DNA of 64,000 nt. Origin: the human T2T-CHM13v2.0 reference genome, Homo sapiens. The notes beneath the pieces are model-generated. The model saw only the letters and a list, made by a program, of their open reading frames with translations, had not been told where the DNA came from and made no database searches. Positions 18,796 to 36,872 of this stretch are shown one piece after another; positions within the stretch are counted from its first letter, which is position 1; each line of letters opens with the position of its first letter. A program made the position numbers and the translations under genes. The DNA lies in assembly GCF_009914755.1 (NCBI RefSeq), contig NC_060937.1; one strand, 5' to 3'.

Positions 18796-19812
18796 ATGGG
18801 GAAAAAACAGAGCAGAAAAACTGGAAACTCTAAAAAGCAGAGCGCCTCTCCTCCTCCAAAGGAACGCAGTTCCTCACCAGCAACGGAACAAAGCTGGACG
18901 GAGAATGACTTTGACAAGTTGAGAGAAGAAGGCTTCAGACGATCAAAGTACTCCGAGCTACAGGAGGAAATTCAAACCAAAGGCAAAGAAGTCAAAAACT
19001 TTGAAAAAAATTTAGACAAATGTATAACTAGAATAACCAATACAGAGAAGTGCTTAAAGGAGCTGATGGAGCTGAAAGCCAAGGCTCGAGAACTACGTGC
19101 AGAATGCAGAAGCCTCAGGAGCCGATGCGATCAACTGGAAGAAAGGGTATCAGTGATGGAAGATGAAATGAATGAAATGAAGTGAGAAGGGAAGTTTAGA
19201 GAAAAAAGAATAAAAAGAAACAAACAAAGCCTCCAAGAAATATGGGACTATGTGAAAAGACGAAATCTACATCTGATTGGTGTACCTGAAAGTGATGGGG
19301 AGAATGGAACCAAGTTGGAAAACACTCTGCAGGATATTATCCAGGAGAACTTCCCCAATCTAGCAAGGCAGGCCAACATTCAGATTCAGGAAATACACAG
19401 AACGCCACAAAGATACTCCTCGAGAAGAGCAACTCCAAGACACAAAATTGTCAGATTCACCAAAGTTGAAATGAAGGAAAAAATGTTAAGGGCAGCCAGA
19501 GAGAAAGGTCGGGTTACCCACAAAGGGAAGCCCATCAGACTAACAGCGGATCTCTCGGCAGAAACTCTACAAGCCAGAAGAGAGTGGGGGCCAATATTCA
19601 ACATTCTTAAAGAAAAGAATTTTCAACCCAGAATTTCATATCCAGCCAAACGAAGCTTCATAAGTGAAGGAGAAATAAAATCCTTTACAGACAAACAAAT
19701 GCTGAGAGATTTTGTCACCACCAGGCCTGCCCTAAAAGAGCTCATGAAGGAAGCACTAAACATGGAAAGGAAAAACCAGTACCAGCCACTGCAAAATCAT
19801 GCCAAATTGTAA
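18796..19812 (+). pseudogene. L1 ORF1p (RNA-binding chaperone) with premature stop
   Basis: MGKKQSRK...QNHAKL. CGA>TGA at 19183-19185 splits it into ORFs 18796-19185 and 19252-19812. Confidence 0.95.
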
Positions 19813-19860
19813 AGACCATTGAGGCTAGGAAGAAACTGCATCAACTAACGAGCAAAATAA

Positions 19861-23705
<3,845 letters not shown>

Positions 23706-24466
23706 AATGAGAATACATGGACACAGGAAGGGGAACATCACACTCTGGGGACTGTTGTGGGTTCGGGGGAGGGGGGAGGGATAGCATTAGGAGATATACC
23801 TAATGCTAAATGAGGAGTTAATGGGTGCAGCACACCAGCATGGCACATGTATACATGTGTAACTAACCTGCACATTGTGCACATGTACCCTAAAACTTAA
23901 AGTATAATAATAATAATATAAAAAAGAAGTCATAACTTACAGGATTTTCTTTTCACCTTGGTTAAGGGCAGGCATGAAGTTCATATTACAACAGATGGTG
24001 GTAAAAGAAGGAGGTTCTCCACAGGTACCCTGTATTTCTTTCTTACAAGCTGCTGTGTGCCTGAGAACTGAGTGTATCTGGTGCCTAGAGAGGCCATGAC
24101 TCTCTATGGGGTGCTTGAGTCAAGATTCAGGTGTAGGTTCTACCTAACACAAAAAACTATCCGCTTAATGCCAACATACCCAATATTAAATCGCCACAGG
24201 TCTATTCTGCAGGTCAGATCATTCTCCAACATCAGATTTCCAAATTAGGAGCTCCACCTATTATTACAATTATACCCCCTTTGCTTCCTGCTTTTGGTTT
24301 TCTCCATTTTATTTGGATCCTCTATAATCAACACTTGCAGTGTACTAAGCCCAGTTATTGAATGCATTTTAAAGATTGAGTTGCTTCCCTCCCCATTCTA
24401 TTCCTTAAGATAAAGAAGGAGGTCAACTTTTGGGCCTTCCTGAGGGACGGGTAAAAAAGTGGGTTG

Positions 24467-24536
24467 TTGCAGTAAGCCGAGATTGTGCCATTGAACTCCA
24501 GCCTGGGTGACAGAGCAAGACTGCGTCTCAAAAACA
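24467..24536 (+). mobile_element. Severely 5'-truncated Alu (~70 bp)
   Basis: Alu 3' end plus A tail, with perfect 14-bp TSD AAAAAAGTGGGTTG at 24453-24466 and 24537-24550. Confidence 0.93.
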
Positions 24537-25289
24537 AAAAAAGTGGGTTGAACGTTCTAATCCAGTTTACTGTTCTCAAAATCCTTTAAGGCCCCTCTCT
24601 ACATAAAACATGGATCTTCTGCCCTTTTGATGTCACGTGGTGTGATCCTTTGTTTGATCTCAGTTTGAATCAGCTACCAAGCAACCAGTTTGGACTCTAG
24701 CCAGCTGTCTAGGCCAGCACACAGCATGCGGACTCCATGGCACCTGCATCAATGGTGATTGCCCTCCAACCAAAGATTATATTCTGCCTTCTTGGGGCCA
24801 ACATCTTCAAAATGTATGACATACATTTTCTTTACATTTTTAAAAATATAAATTAGGAAATGCCTGTCCTTCTGTCTGAAAATAACTCTCTCTTTCTAAT
24901 TCAGGTGCCACATTTTACCCTTTGGACCACATTGAGGTCCAATGCAAGAATAATTAGCAATAATGAGAAGGTCTTAAAGGAAACTGTAAAATAAGAAGCA
25001 TTTAAATATGGGTTCTTTAAGTCTTCTGAACCTTCACAGATAGCCAGTCTTATTGCAACTGCAAGGATGCCTCACTTTTCCAGCCAGCGCCTTAACGTTT
25101 ACAACAAAGACCTAGTCAGGTTGTTATTTTGATTGGAATTACAGCCTAATTTAGCATATTACAGCATCAAGATCTGATTTTAGTTTCTGGATTTCCCAGA
25201 CCTGTGTTGACAAGCAGTAAGGAATTCTTTTCAGATAGTCACATTATGACAAGGAAAGAACTATGAATTGAGAGTGAAGCAGGGAAAGG

Positions 25290-25560
25290 ACATCACAAGA
25301 AGCAAGGAGACCAGAAGATTTTAATTTAATCTAGGATAGTGGCAATGGAAAGGAAGGGTATGGATAGTTTGAAGAGATGTTTGGGAAGTAGAAGGAATAG
25401 GACTTGGTGAGCATTGGATATGATGAGTAAGGAAGAAACAGGTTTCTAGCTTGTATAAACTGGATTGCTTTACTGAGGCAGAGGGCACAGGAAGAGGAGC
25501 GGGATTGGTAGGGAAATTGATGAAGTTAGCTTTAAACATTTTTGATTTGAGATGCTTACT
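25290..25560. mobile_element. L2 fragment
   Basis: gtggcaatggaa..ggaagtagaa..ataggacttggtga..attggatatg..ggtttctagcttg..tttgagatgc. Confidence 0.7.
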
Positions 25561-26748
25561 AGCTTTTCTTCATGAGAACCTCAGGGAAAGTTTAAATTTT
25601 TGAATTCAAGTTCCTTAGCACATGGAGGAGAACAAGAAGGCGTGAGTCCTCTATCCCTTGTCAAGAAACAACATCCAGTCACTCTGACCCTGTTTTTACT
25701 TCTATTTAGACATGAAGGGGCTTCTTTCTAAAGATCTATGGACTTGTCTACTAATATTGATTCAATATTGCACACAATCTGGAATTTCCACATATGGAAA
25801 CCTGCCTAGTACAGTCAGTCATTTTTATTAGCTTAGCCAAATTTTCCAGGCACCTCTAGCTGGTAGGGACTTGATGAATAAAAGAAAGGGAGATAATCTT
25901 GTACAATTCCTCACAAACCCTATGTTTCTAAAGCAGTTTCCCATTCTGATCAGTGAATCTGAAAATGCGGCTTCACCCTTTAGGGATCTCAGATGAGATT
26001 TCTTTGCTTCAGTCCTAATTGTACCATGACTCTTTCCTGATTTTGAAACTAACAAAACTTTCCCCAAGCATAATCTACTTCTAAATATTTTCTCCTAGAC
26101 ACTGAAAAAGCCTGGAAGCTTCATCTTGCTGTTCCCTGAGTAACTCCACAATGTCAGAGAGAATGGCCCTGAATTCTGTTTTGGCTGCAGGTTCCCCATG
26201 GCTGGTCTTTAGCATTCGCAATTCACACAGGAAGCACGAGGAAAAATGCCACGTATTGTGAAAACTTGTGTTTCATTAATCATATTCCACCTTGGTGCAT
26301 AAAAAAGGCTGACCTGTAAACACCATGCAAGACAATTTCAGTTCTTTGTATGTTTCACACAAAATATTTCTGGTAGTTGAACTTGTTTGGCTAATAAAAG
26401 TGGTTTGTCACTGATTTCTTTAAAAAGCCTACACAGCACAATTCTATTGGTGTTAGTGCCTGGCAACAGTTTTGGAGAGAGAATGAAATCTGGCTTGGCC
26501 GGAATTTATAGATTGCAAGCACAGTCTGAGAAAGGGCTATTCCCATGTTCTCCATCTCAAAAAGATTGCCATGTGATTTTGCCCCCACCAGGCCAGGATG
26601 CTGAGAGCCATGAGAGAAGTAGCCAGGAGAAACATTCAACATTCCTCTTCCTCGTTTCTTTTGGATTCAACTTTTCCTGAAGTACCTAGAGATAAAAATG
26701 ACTTCCGTTGGTTTAGTAGTAGTATGTGGACAACATTCTTCTCAATTC

Positions 26749-27098
<350 letters not shown>

Positions 27099-28869
27099 TG
27101 AGCTATGCATTGTGTCATGGATTGACATTCAAGAGGTCAAGCCCAAAATATAACTCGTATGACTAGATTCCCCCAAATCAGTTCCTTTTTCAAAAGACTT
27201 TGCTTTTAAAAACAGAATACTTTTTAAATGAATTTTCTTGGAAAATTTTCTGTGGAAATGCATGGTGGGGGAGGTGGCGGTGGAAGGAGTCCTTACATCT
27301 ACAATGAGTATTACATTCTGGATAAGATGTGTGGGTTTAAAAAAGAATATATATTTATAGCCAATGGCTCATAGAGGCATATTTTTGGGTCATACATACT
27401 AAACATGAAATAAATGTTGAGGAGCTTTAGCCAGGCAGCCTGATTCAGCCTTTTCTATGTACCATAGCACTGCTCAAAGTCATTCCAAGGTCATTTTTGG
27501 TCATTTTTGGATTTTCACAATCCAAGCCATTTTCTGCAAGGCCTTGAAGCTGATCTGTATGTAAAACCCAATTGAGTTTTTCCTTCTGTTCAGTGCCACT
27601 GAAACACAGAGGGGAAAAAAAACAAGTAATAACAAGGCCACACAAGTATGATAGTCTAGATATAGCACTAAACACTCTACTTACTTAATCTTCTTTACTC
27701 GTGAACAAAGGCAAGGACTCATGAAGTCATGACGTGCTGTACACGATCCTCGGCTAGGGCAGCATTTGTGTGTTGTTGTACACTGGGGTTATGGAAGGAA
27801 AATGTTGGTAGTTGAAGCTGGAAAGGTAAACTAGCTGACTGTTAAAAGACACTCATGACCCATGCTAATTACTCTGGCCCAAAAGGATTTTTTTTCTCCC
27901 CGTTTCTTCTTCCCTTCTCTTTGGTCCTTATCTTCTCATATTTCATTCTTTCTTTAGCTCCTGTTCTTTTATCAGCCTGTGACTGTGAACCCTCAGCCTC
28001 CCTGAGTCCCTGGGGCTCTGTATCTCTGCTCATCAGTCTTGGCCACTTCTAACCTGTTTGGTGTGAACTGTGTCAGGGTACCTGTGCTACACAAGGCATT
28101 GTTTTCTCCTGTAGGGATGATGCAAGAAGGTATTTGGGGAGAACTATATTCTGTCCTTGAAAGGCCCTAGGATGCTATATGCCTTCATAAAATCTTCCCT
28201 CAAGCTGTATTTCACACAGGGAGGTGGATACCTTGTGATACTGGCATTCTTCATTATAGTCCGCAGGATGATAGAGAAAGGCTCACCAAGGGGAGAAGAT
28301 GCTGTAATGTATTTAGATGTAAGTGAGCAATTTAAAATACTCACCCTCTGTTTTTTCTCAAAAACTTATTTTGTAAATTATTTTTGGGGATGTTCTTCAG
28401 CTGAGGGTCACAGCTGTCAAGGTTAAGGGAGAACTGAGGCCCAAGAAAGGTGAATTAACTCAACTTTAGTGGGTTAAATAGTTAAATTGGACTATTAGTT
28501 CTGAGAGCAGCCAAGGAACTTGTAGATAATATGGTCCCTGAATCATTGCCGATAAGTCATAAAGGTAATTGGACTGCACATATCATGTGGAGCATATGAA
28601 GGTGGTAAAATGTGAATCCTGGGGCTACAGAGGTATGAGTGTGGCTTCTACTCCTGGTAAAATGCTATCTATGGATAACAGAAGGTGTGGCATATGAGGA
28701 CTTAGAATGAAATTGTAAATACTAAAAGCCACATTCACTTTCACTTAGAATCCACATTAAACCAGGTGCCTTTTTTTTTTTTTAATTTTGGAAAGCACTA
28801 GGTTAGTTAATCGGGAGAGTCATAAAAAAATTTCCCTTTTCAGCATGATATTTGACAGAATTTCAAGGA

Positions 28870-29112
28870 GGGGTTAGGAGTTCTGGTACTGGAGTCTTTG
28901 AGAGCTGAGTTGAAATCCCCATGCCATCATTGTCTGATCCAGCATTGTATTTGCTCTGTGTCCTAGTTTCTTTATATAAAAAATGAAAATAATAACATGG
29001 CCTATTTCATAGAGTTATTGCAAAGACAAAATGAGCTAATGCATGTAAACCTCTTAGAAAAATGTCTAGCACATAATAGACTCACAATGTGTAATACATG
29101 TTAGCTGTTATC
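28870..29112 (+). mobile_element. MIR
   Basis: ctggagtc..gagttgaaatccc..agtttctttatataaaaatg..catagagttattg..aaatgagctaatgcatgtaaa. Confidence 0.75.
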
Positions 29113-29519
29113 ATAACTATGATGTGAGTGTTAGCTGTGTGTATTACCTGAAGAAATGTGGGCAGTACTCTGTGTTCCAGAGAATTAGAGCTCCTGGAAA
29201 GTGGTGGACCTAAAGAGTGCTGGTTGTTTAATTGATACCGACCTCAATGGAATTCTTTGGTTTGTATTCTTGGCCCTGACTCAACATTTTTGCTAATAAT
29301 TTGCATTATGATAAAGGAGGTTAAGTGCTTACCAAACTTACAGCTAAAGAAAATTGAGGCAGAATAAGTAAGCTGACTGTTACGGCTGTAATGTAAAAAG
29401 AACTAAAAATTGAAAAGATGGCCCAAGCTTTATAAAATGCATTTTAATAAATCTAAATGTGAAGGCTTACATTTAGATTCCAAAAATTAGCCATATATTT
29501 CTAGGGTAAAGGACACCTG

Positions 29520-30130
29520 ATTCAGAAATAACTCATAAAATTATGAATAAAACATCTTATGAGTCACTATAAAGAAAGGATTCTAAAAGCTAATGCAATC
29601 TTAGGCTAATGAATAGAACTAAATAATCATCTCCTTACACCATGCTCTGGTCTGGTCAGACCCTGGGGGAACACTGCATTTGGTTCCAGGTCATGTGGAT
29701 CAGAAGGGACATGAGCATGCTGTTACTCTATGGAGACTGTAAGGAAAGTAGAAGCCAAGACAGTTGATCAATAGTTGAAAGAATGTTGGATAACTGGTCT
29801 GGGAAAGAGTAATCCTCAAAGATTTAGGATATCTATTGTAAAATATCTCGAAATACTGAATGTCAGGGAATACCGATTCAATATTTTTGCATAGCACCTC
29901 AAAGGGAAAAAGTAGTATACAAATGTGAAAACTGCAGTGAGCTAGATTTAATTTAACCATTAGGAAACACGTGGTAGAACATTGGAATGTCTACGAGTGG
30001 GAAGTGTTGTCTTGTAGAGCAGTGAGCTTCCTGTCAAGAGAAGTGTCTGTGTATGGGCAGAAAGACATCAGTGTTGGAGAACAGATTGTGTTAGATAGCA
30101 TCTAGGGTTCTCTCCATGTTAAAATCCTTT
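29520..30130 (+). mobile_element. L3/CR1 3' fragment
   Basis: gctaatgcaatcttaggc..ctctggtc..gtcagacc..agattt..ggaatg..gtgagcttcctgtca..gaagtgt. Confidence 0.65.
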
Positions 30131-30341
30131 GGATTTTAACCCAGTAGCCCTCACTGTCTGCTGAATCCATTGTGAATAAGGAGACAAATTTGAACATGAT
30201 CAGTTATGAGCCAATTACTTAGTAGTGAAGGGAGAAATTCAGCCAAACAAAGCATGGAGCCCTGGAGATGCAACTCGCCACAGTAATAAGTAAGGGTTCA
30301 AAACAAAATCAAAAGGAGGCCCCACATAAAAACACCCTTCA

Positions 30342-30617
30342 GCCGGGCACAGTGGCTCACGCCTGTAATCCCAGTACTTTGGGAGTCTGAGGCGGGCAGA
30401 TCACGAGGTCAAGAGATCGAGACCATCCTGGCCAACATGGTGAAACCCCGTCTCTACTAAAAATACAGAAATTAGCTGGGCGTTCTGGTGCTTGCCTGTA
30501 GTCCCAGCTACTCGGGAGGCTGAGGCAGGAGAATCGCTTGAACCCGGGAGACGGAGGTGCAGTGAGCAGAGATCCTGCCATTGCACTCCAGCCTGGTGAC
30601 AGAGCGAGACTCTGTCT

Positions 30618-30656
<39 letters not shown>
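30342..30656 (+). mobile_element. AluSc with 38-nt pure A tail
   Basis: Diagnostic cacgaggtcaagagatcgagaccatcctggccaac. TSD AAAAACACCCTTCA. Confidence 0.93.
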
Positions 30657-30657
<1 letters not shown>

Positions 30658-30785
30658 ACCCTTCAAACGAAAAACATCTCAAGGATCTTGTTTAAGATTT
30701 GAGTAAAGAAATAAATCAGGGATGGTGGGGGGTAGGTAAGAAGGTGAATAGTTTGCAGTGAGTCATGAAACAAGGTCCAGAATAA

Positions 30786-31150
<365 letters not shown>

Positions 31151-32069
31151 TCAGATATGGAAAGTGAGGAATGCCAGTGGAGCATAACAATTAGAAAAGT
31201 CAGAATTATTCTTCCTGAAGGAAACCAGCCTGTGCTCAGCCTACCCAGAGGAATGGAGCTTGGAGGACTTCTATTTGATTCCTTTTGGAAGAGTACCTTG
31301 AGGTGTGCCTTTTTCCTCCTTTTACCTGCCAGAGGTATAGACATTGTGCAGTTCTAGCTGAAAGACACATGCTGCTAGACATTCAAAGGGAGGAGAAAAT
31401 AAAGCCAGCTCAAAAGAAAGAGTAGTTAAAAAAATTGTTTGAAGGAATAATTCCTTCCTATACTCTGCAAGAAAGGGATATTTTCGGAGACAAGAGTTTC
31501 CTAACAAAGGTGAATTAGCAAGGAGGATGCCAAGAGCAATGATCTAAGCAGCAAATAATTTGGAGACTGGTTTAAGAAGCTTGGGTTGAAGGATAATCCT
31601 CAGCTGATGCCAGTGCTAGGGAGTTCATTAATAAGAAGGGAAAGGGGACAAGTGGAATAGATAAAATCTACTTACAAGAAAGCATAGTTAATAGACAAAA
31701 TAAAGCAAGGCAGGTGTGTAATGGAAGTAGAAGCAATTAACTTTGAAATGGCAGGATTTGTCAGGGGAAAGGTAAGCAGACTGAATAATTTTGTTTGGAA
31801 CAGGAAAAAAGGAAGGTGATAGAAAGACTGATAATTACAGAGTGAGAAGAATGTTCTTTTTCAGGATACAAAAGATTATTAGGAGACCTGGGTAAAGAAA
31901 GATGGCTCTGAAACAAACATGTGAAATAAAATCTTAAAATTCAGGATGATGGATGAGAGTTGCAAAGTCAATAGTGCAAGTTTATTGACTACCTACAATG
32001 TCACAGACACTATGCACTGATAAAGATGGCTTTTACTTAAGAAGCTCATAGTCTAGGTGAGAATAATAA

Positions 32070-32645
32070 TAGTGTTTGTTGAGAGCTTCCTACGTGTCAA
32101 GTCTTGTGATAAATGATTAAAATATATAATCTCATTTAATCCTCAAAGTAACTCTTTCAGGTAGGCATAATACTATTAATATTACCACCATAGAGATGAA
32201 GAAATGGGCCAGGCATGATGGTGCATTCCTGTAACCCCAGAACTTTGGGAGGCCAAGGCAGGAGGATTGCTTAAGGCCAGGAGTTCAAGACCAACTTAGG
32301 CAACATGTCATGACTGTCTCTATAAAAAAATTAAAAATTAGCTAGGTGCGGTGATGTGTGCCTTTGGTCCCAGCTACTTGAGAGATTGAGGCAGGAGGAT
32401 TGCTTTAGCTCAGGAGGTCAAAGATGCAGTGAGCTGTGTTCATGCCACTGCACTCCAGCCTGGAGCCTGGGCAACAGAAAGAGACCCTGTCTCAAAAAGA
32501 AGGAAGGAAGGAAGGGAAAGAAAGAAAAAAAGAAAAAAGAAAAGACAGACTGAGGGTCTACATAGTATGCCTATTATAACACATCAAGAAACCAGTAAGA
32601 TGAATTTGGGAACTTTGATTCTAGAACCTGTGTTTTTAACCATTG
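32070..32645 (-). mobile_element. MIR split by AluJ
   Basis: atctcatttaatcctca..agatgaagaaat [Alu] agactgagg..ctagaacctgtg..ttaaccat. Confidence 0.65.
32207..32545 (+). mobile_element. AluJ with purine-rich tail
   Basis: ggaggattgctt, gaggcaggaggattgc, gagaccctgtctc. Confidence 0.9.
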
Positions 32646-32849
32646 TTGTTTTTTGGCTCTTGGACAGAGATACCTTTAATTGGGTCATTTCAGGGGGCTA
32701 AAATTTTCAATACACTCAAGTATCTCCTTTGAGAGAGAGAGTAACACAGTACCTGAGATACCACCATTAGACATTTCCCCTTTAGGGTGAATTCATTGAG
32801 GAAGAGGAAATTTATTATACTATTCCTGACCACTGATTCCTTAGAATGT

Positions 32850-33590
32850 ATCTCCATTTATTCAACAACCATTTTCTGAGTTCACTAGGTGCCAGAATTG
32901 TGTCATACATTATGGGTGCCAAGATAAATTAGATGTTTTCCCCACCCTGAAGCCTACCATGTTCAGGATACTGTCCAGTCCCCTGGTCCCAAGTCACTGT
33001 TCTCCTCTGGACTCCTGCAGAAGTTTCTGAACTGGTCTTTCCACTTTAAGCCCCTTCCATTAATTCCCATATGGCAGTCACTGTTGTCAGTTTACATGCA
33101 CATCTCAGTTTGTGAATTCCCTGTTGGAATCCTCTGATGGCTTCCCACTGCCCTTGGGATTAAAACTCAAATCATAAAATGGCCTACAAGGTCTGATATA
33201 ATCTGGCCTCTACCTAACTTTCTAGATTAACCTTGCTCTCCTCTGCCCCTTACTCTTCCGGTGTCTTCATGATATCATGGTTCTTCTCAAATTACTTTTG
33301 CCCTATTGGATATTTTTGGATCTCCTTTCCAGTGTCACCACCCCAGGTAGTCTTCATGGAGCTCACCCCCCAGTGCCCCCACACTAAGTCAACTCCTCCC
33401 TACCTATTTTATCTTGTAACTCCCTGTGTTTTTAGCTTCCAAGCATTTACTATGGTTCATGTGATTATTTGATTAATGTATGGCTCTTTTAGTAGACTTC
33501 ATGAGAATAAAATTTTTGTTCTTTTCACATTTGTATCTTCACATGTAGAAGATACCTAAGAAACATTTATTTATTAATAGAATTAATGCA
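32850..33590. mobile_element. L2 fragments
   Basis: catttattcaacaa.., tggcttcccactgcc..ataaaa, tggcctacaagg..atctggcc. Confidence 0.6.
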
Positions 33591-34489
33591 TTTTTTTCTC
33601 TTGCTGAAAGATATTTGTTATTCTTCTTCACCAAGACCCCTACTCCTTTTGCTATCAATTCCCCACTCTCTTCACTCTCCTAACAGTATATACCTAGGCA
33701 TGGCTTCTATTGCTTCATGGCTTGTGCATGTAGTCATATCTCTCTTTTGCCTTCGACTCCACTCTACTTTCTGTTCTCCTCTCTGTATATTTGACATCTA
33801 AACCCTCTGAGAGGTTCTTACAATGGTTCAATTAGTTATTATCCAGTATAGAGAAGCGTTCTGGGCATTTCACATACACTGTTTTGTAAACTGCCAGAAG
33901 GCCAATAGATGGCTGTGTTTGGGTCAGTTGCTGATTTCTGATCCAAATAGATATAGTCATGGTATCAGGGTTATAGAGCACCAATCACTGACATCTATGT
34001 GTAAGGAAATGCCTATACCATCTTCTTGGAAAGGTGTCTCGAATATGGCAAACTTCTGGAGCCAGCACTCAGCATAGCATTTGGAAATGTGTTACATTTA
34101 AGTAATCATTGAAAGATGAAGGATTGAATAAATTAAAAATGGCTGAGCTAAGGATATACAATAATAACATCAGGTCCTCATGCTTCAGTTAGAACTTACA
34201 CCTCCTGTACAACTATTATGTATAAATAAAAAATTCAATGCATAAATATAATTTTACAAAGAACTTGTACTTCCTGATTACCTTCCCAGGGCTTATTTTC
34301 TACTATACCATTTTGTGTCCAATGATAAAATTAAATAATTAACTAGTCAATAGGTGAACATTTAGAGAAGTAATCAGACCCTAAATGTAATATTGTAAAG
34401 TACCATTTGTCTTTTTTATATATTTCTTGTATTGTTTCCTTGCTTCCCTTATTTATTGTTACTCTTTTTTAACTTCTAGACAAAGGTGG

Positions 34490-34644
34490 TATAATGGTTA
34501 ATATTGGGTGTCAAGTTGACTAGATTGAGGGGTGTCAAGATGGCTGATGAAGTCCTGTTTTCGGGTATATTTCTGAGGGCATTGCCAGGGGAGACTGATA
34601 TGTGAGTCAGAGGACTAGGAGGAAAACCCACCCTCATTGTGGAT
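34490..34644 (+). mobile_element. MLT2B-like 5' LTR, only the first ~150 bp
   Basis: tataatggttaatattgggtgtcaagttgactagattgagg, homologous to 37951-38110. Confidence 0.85.
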
Positions 34645-35628
34645 GAACATCTCTGAGTCGTCAAAAACTGTGAAGATATTTGTGTCCCATGTGAATACTT
34701 ACCAAAGGATGACCTTGGCAGAAGGGGATTTTAATAATCAAATGGATAGAATGACCCTTTCCTTGGACACCACTCAGCTTCTTTCCCAGGCCAACCCTGT
34801 CATTGATCAATGGGTTCATAAACAAAGTTGCCATGATGGCAGGGATGGAGGTTATGCATGGGCTCAGCAACATGGACTTCCATTCACCAAGGCTGACCAT
34901 GGTATAGCCACTGCTGGGTGCCCAATCTGCCAGCAGCAGAGACCAACACTGAGCCTTCAATATAACACCATTCCTCAGGATGATCAGCCAGCTATGTGGT
35001 GGCAGGTAGATTACTCTGGATCATTTTCATCATGGAAGGGGCAGTGGTTTATCCTTATTGGAATAGACATTTAATCTGGATATGAATTTGCCATTTCTGC
35101 ACATAATGCTTCTGCCCAGACTACCATTTGTGGACTCAAAAATGCTTTATCAGCCACCATGGTATTCCACATAGCATTGTTTCTGACCAAGGAACTCACT
35201 TCACAGCCAAAAAAAGTGTGGCAATGGGCTCATGTTCATGGCATTCACTGGTCTTACCATGTTCTCCATCATCCTGAAGCAACTGGCTTGAAAGAATGGT
35301 GAAAAGGCCTTTTGAAGTCACAGTTACAATACCAACTAGGTGACAATACTTTGCAGGGCCAGGGCAAAGTTCTCCAAAAGGCTATATATGCTCTGAATCT
35401 GTGTTCAATAATGGAGCTGTTTCTCCCATAGCCAGGATTCACTGGTCCAGGAACCAAGGGGTGGAAGTGGAAGTAGTACCACTCACCATCATCCAGGAGC
35501 AAAATTTTTGCTTCCTGTTTCTGCAACATTATATGCTGCTGCCCTGGAGGTCTTAGTTCCAGAGAGAGGAATGCTGCCACCAGGAGACACAGTGACTCCG
35601 TTGAACTGGAAGTGAAGATTGTCACTGA

Positions 35629-36250
35629 CCATGGTGTATATGTGCCACATTTTCTTAATGCAGTCTATCATTGATGGACATTTGGGTTGGTTCCAAGTCT
35701 TTGCTATTGTGAATAGTGCTGCAATAAACATACATGTGCTTGTGTCTTTATAGTAGCATGATTTATAATCCTTTGGATATATACCCAGTAATGGGATTGC
35801 TGGGTCAAATGGTATTTCTAGTTCTAGATCCTTGAGGAATTGCCACACTGTCTTCCACAATGGTTGAACTAATTTACATACGCACCATGGAATACTATGC
35901 AGCCATAAGAACGGATGAGTTCATGTCCTTTGCAGGAACATGGATGAAGCTGGAAACCATCATTCTCAGCAAACTATCACAAAGATAGAAAACCAAACAC
36001 CATATGTTCTCACTCATAGGTGGGAATTGAACAATGAGAACACTTGGACACAAGGCAGGGAACATGACACACCGGGGCCTGTCAGGGGGTCGGGGGCCGG
36101 GGGAAGGATAGCATTAGGAGAAATATCTAATGTAAATGACGAGTTGATGGGTACAGTAAACGAACATGGCACATGTATACCAATGTATCAAACCTGCATG
36201 TTGTGCACATGTACCCTAGAACTTAAAGTATAATTAAAAAATAAATAAAA
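35629..36250. mobile_element. L1PA 3' fragment with 5' inversion (minus 35629-~35880, plus ~35878-36250)
   Basis: Both segments meet at the same L1 position (..caccatgg). The plus segment ends in the L1 3'UTR and A-rich tail. Confidence 0.92.
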
Positions 36251-36251
36251 G

Positions 36252-36629
36252 TGTCAGCCCTCTGGGCCCAAGCCTGCAAGTATTCATCTAGATGGCCTGA
36301 AGTAACTGAAGAATCACAAAAGAAGTTAAAATGGCCTGTTCCTTCCTTAACTGATGACATTACCTTGTGAAATTCCTTCTCCTGGCTCATCCTGGCTCAA
36401 AAGCTCCCCCACTGAGCACTTTGTGACCCCCACCCCTGCCAGCCAGAGAACAACCCCCTTTGACTGTAATTTTCCACCACCTACCCAAATCCTATAAAAC
36501 AGCCCCACCCCTATCTCCCTTCGCTGACTCACTTTTCGGACTCAGCCCGCCTGCAGCCAGGTGAAATAAACAGCCATGTTGCTCACACAAAGCCTGTTTG
36601 GTGGTCTCTTCACACGGGCGCGTGTGAAA
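36252..36629 (+). mobile_element. HERV-H solo LTR (LTR7 family)
   Basis: TGTCAG..gcccaagcc start, TATA (cctataaaa), AATAAA, ..ctcttcacacgg..tgaaa end. 5-bp TSD AAAAG at 36247-36251 and 36630-36634. Confidence 0.93.
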
Positions 36630-36749
36630 AAAAGAATATCTTGGGGACTTGAGAATAGTGTTAGAACATGAAAAATGCTGGAGGGCCTTCTAAGTCAAAG
36701 AGTAATTTTGAACCTTATCCAAAATGGCAATGGTAAGCCACTAAAAGGC

Positions 36750-36872
36750 TGAATTGTGAGAGCTGATTGTTAACAGAATATCTGTGAGCCAGTTGTTAAA
36801 CACAGCCATTATTAAAATTAAATTATATAAATTTGCAATTAAATAAATTAAAATGAAAACTAATAAATACCA
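36750..36872 (+). mobile_element. MER63-like (hAT) fragment inside the putative transduced DNA
   Basis: gagagctgattgttaa..gagccagttgttaaacacagccattattaaaattaaattatataaa. Confidence 0.7.

Noticed and set aside
34637-35074. Domesticated integrase gene
   Set aside because: The ORF stops just after the first catalytic Asp region, and downstream sequence has stops and frameshifts.
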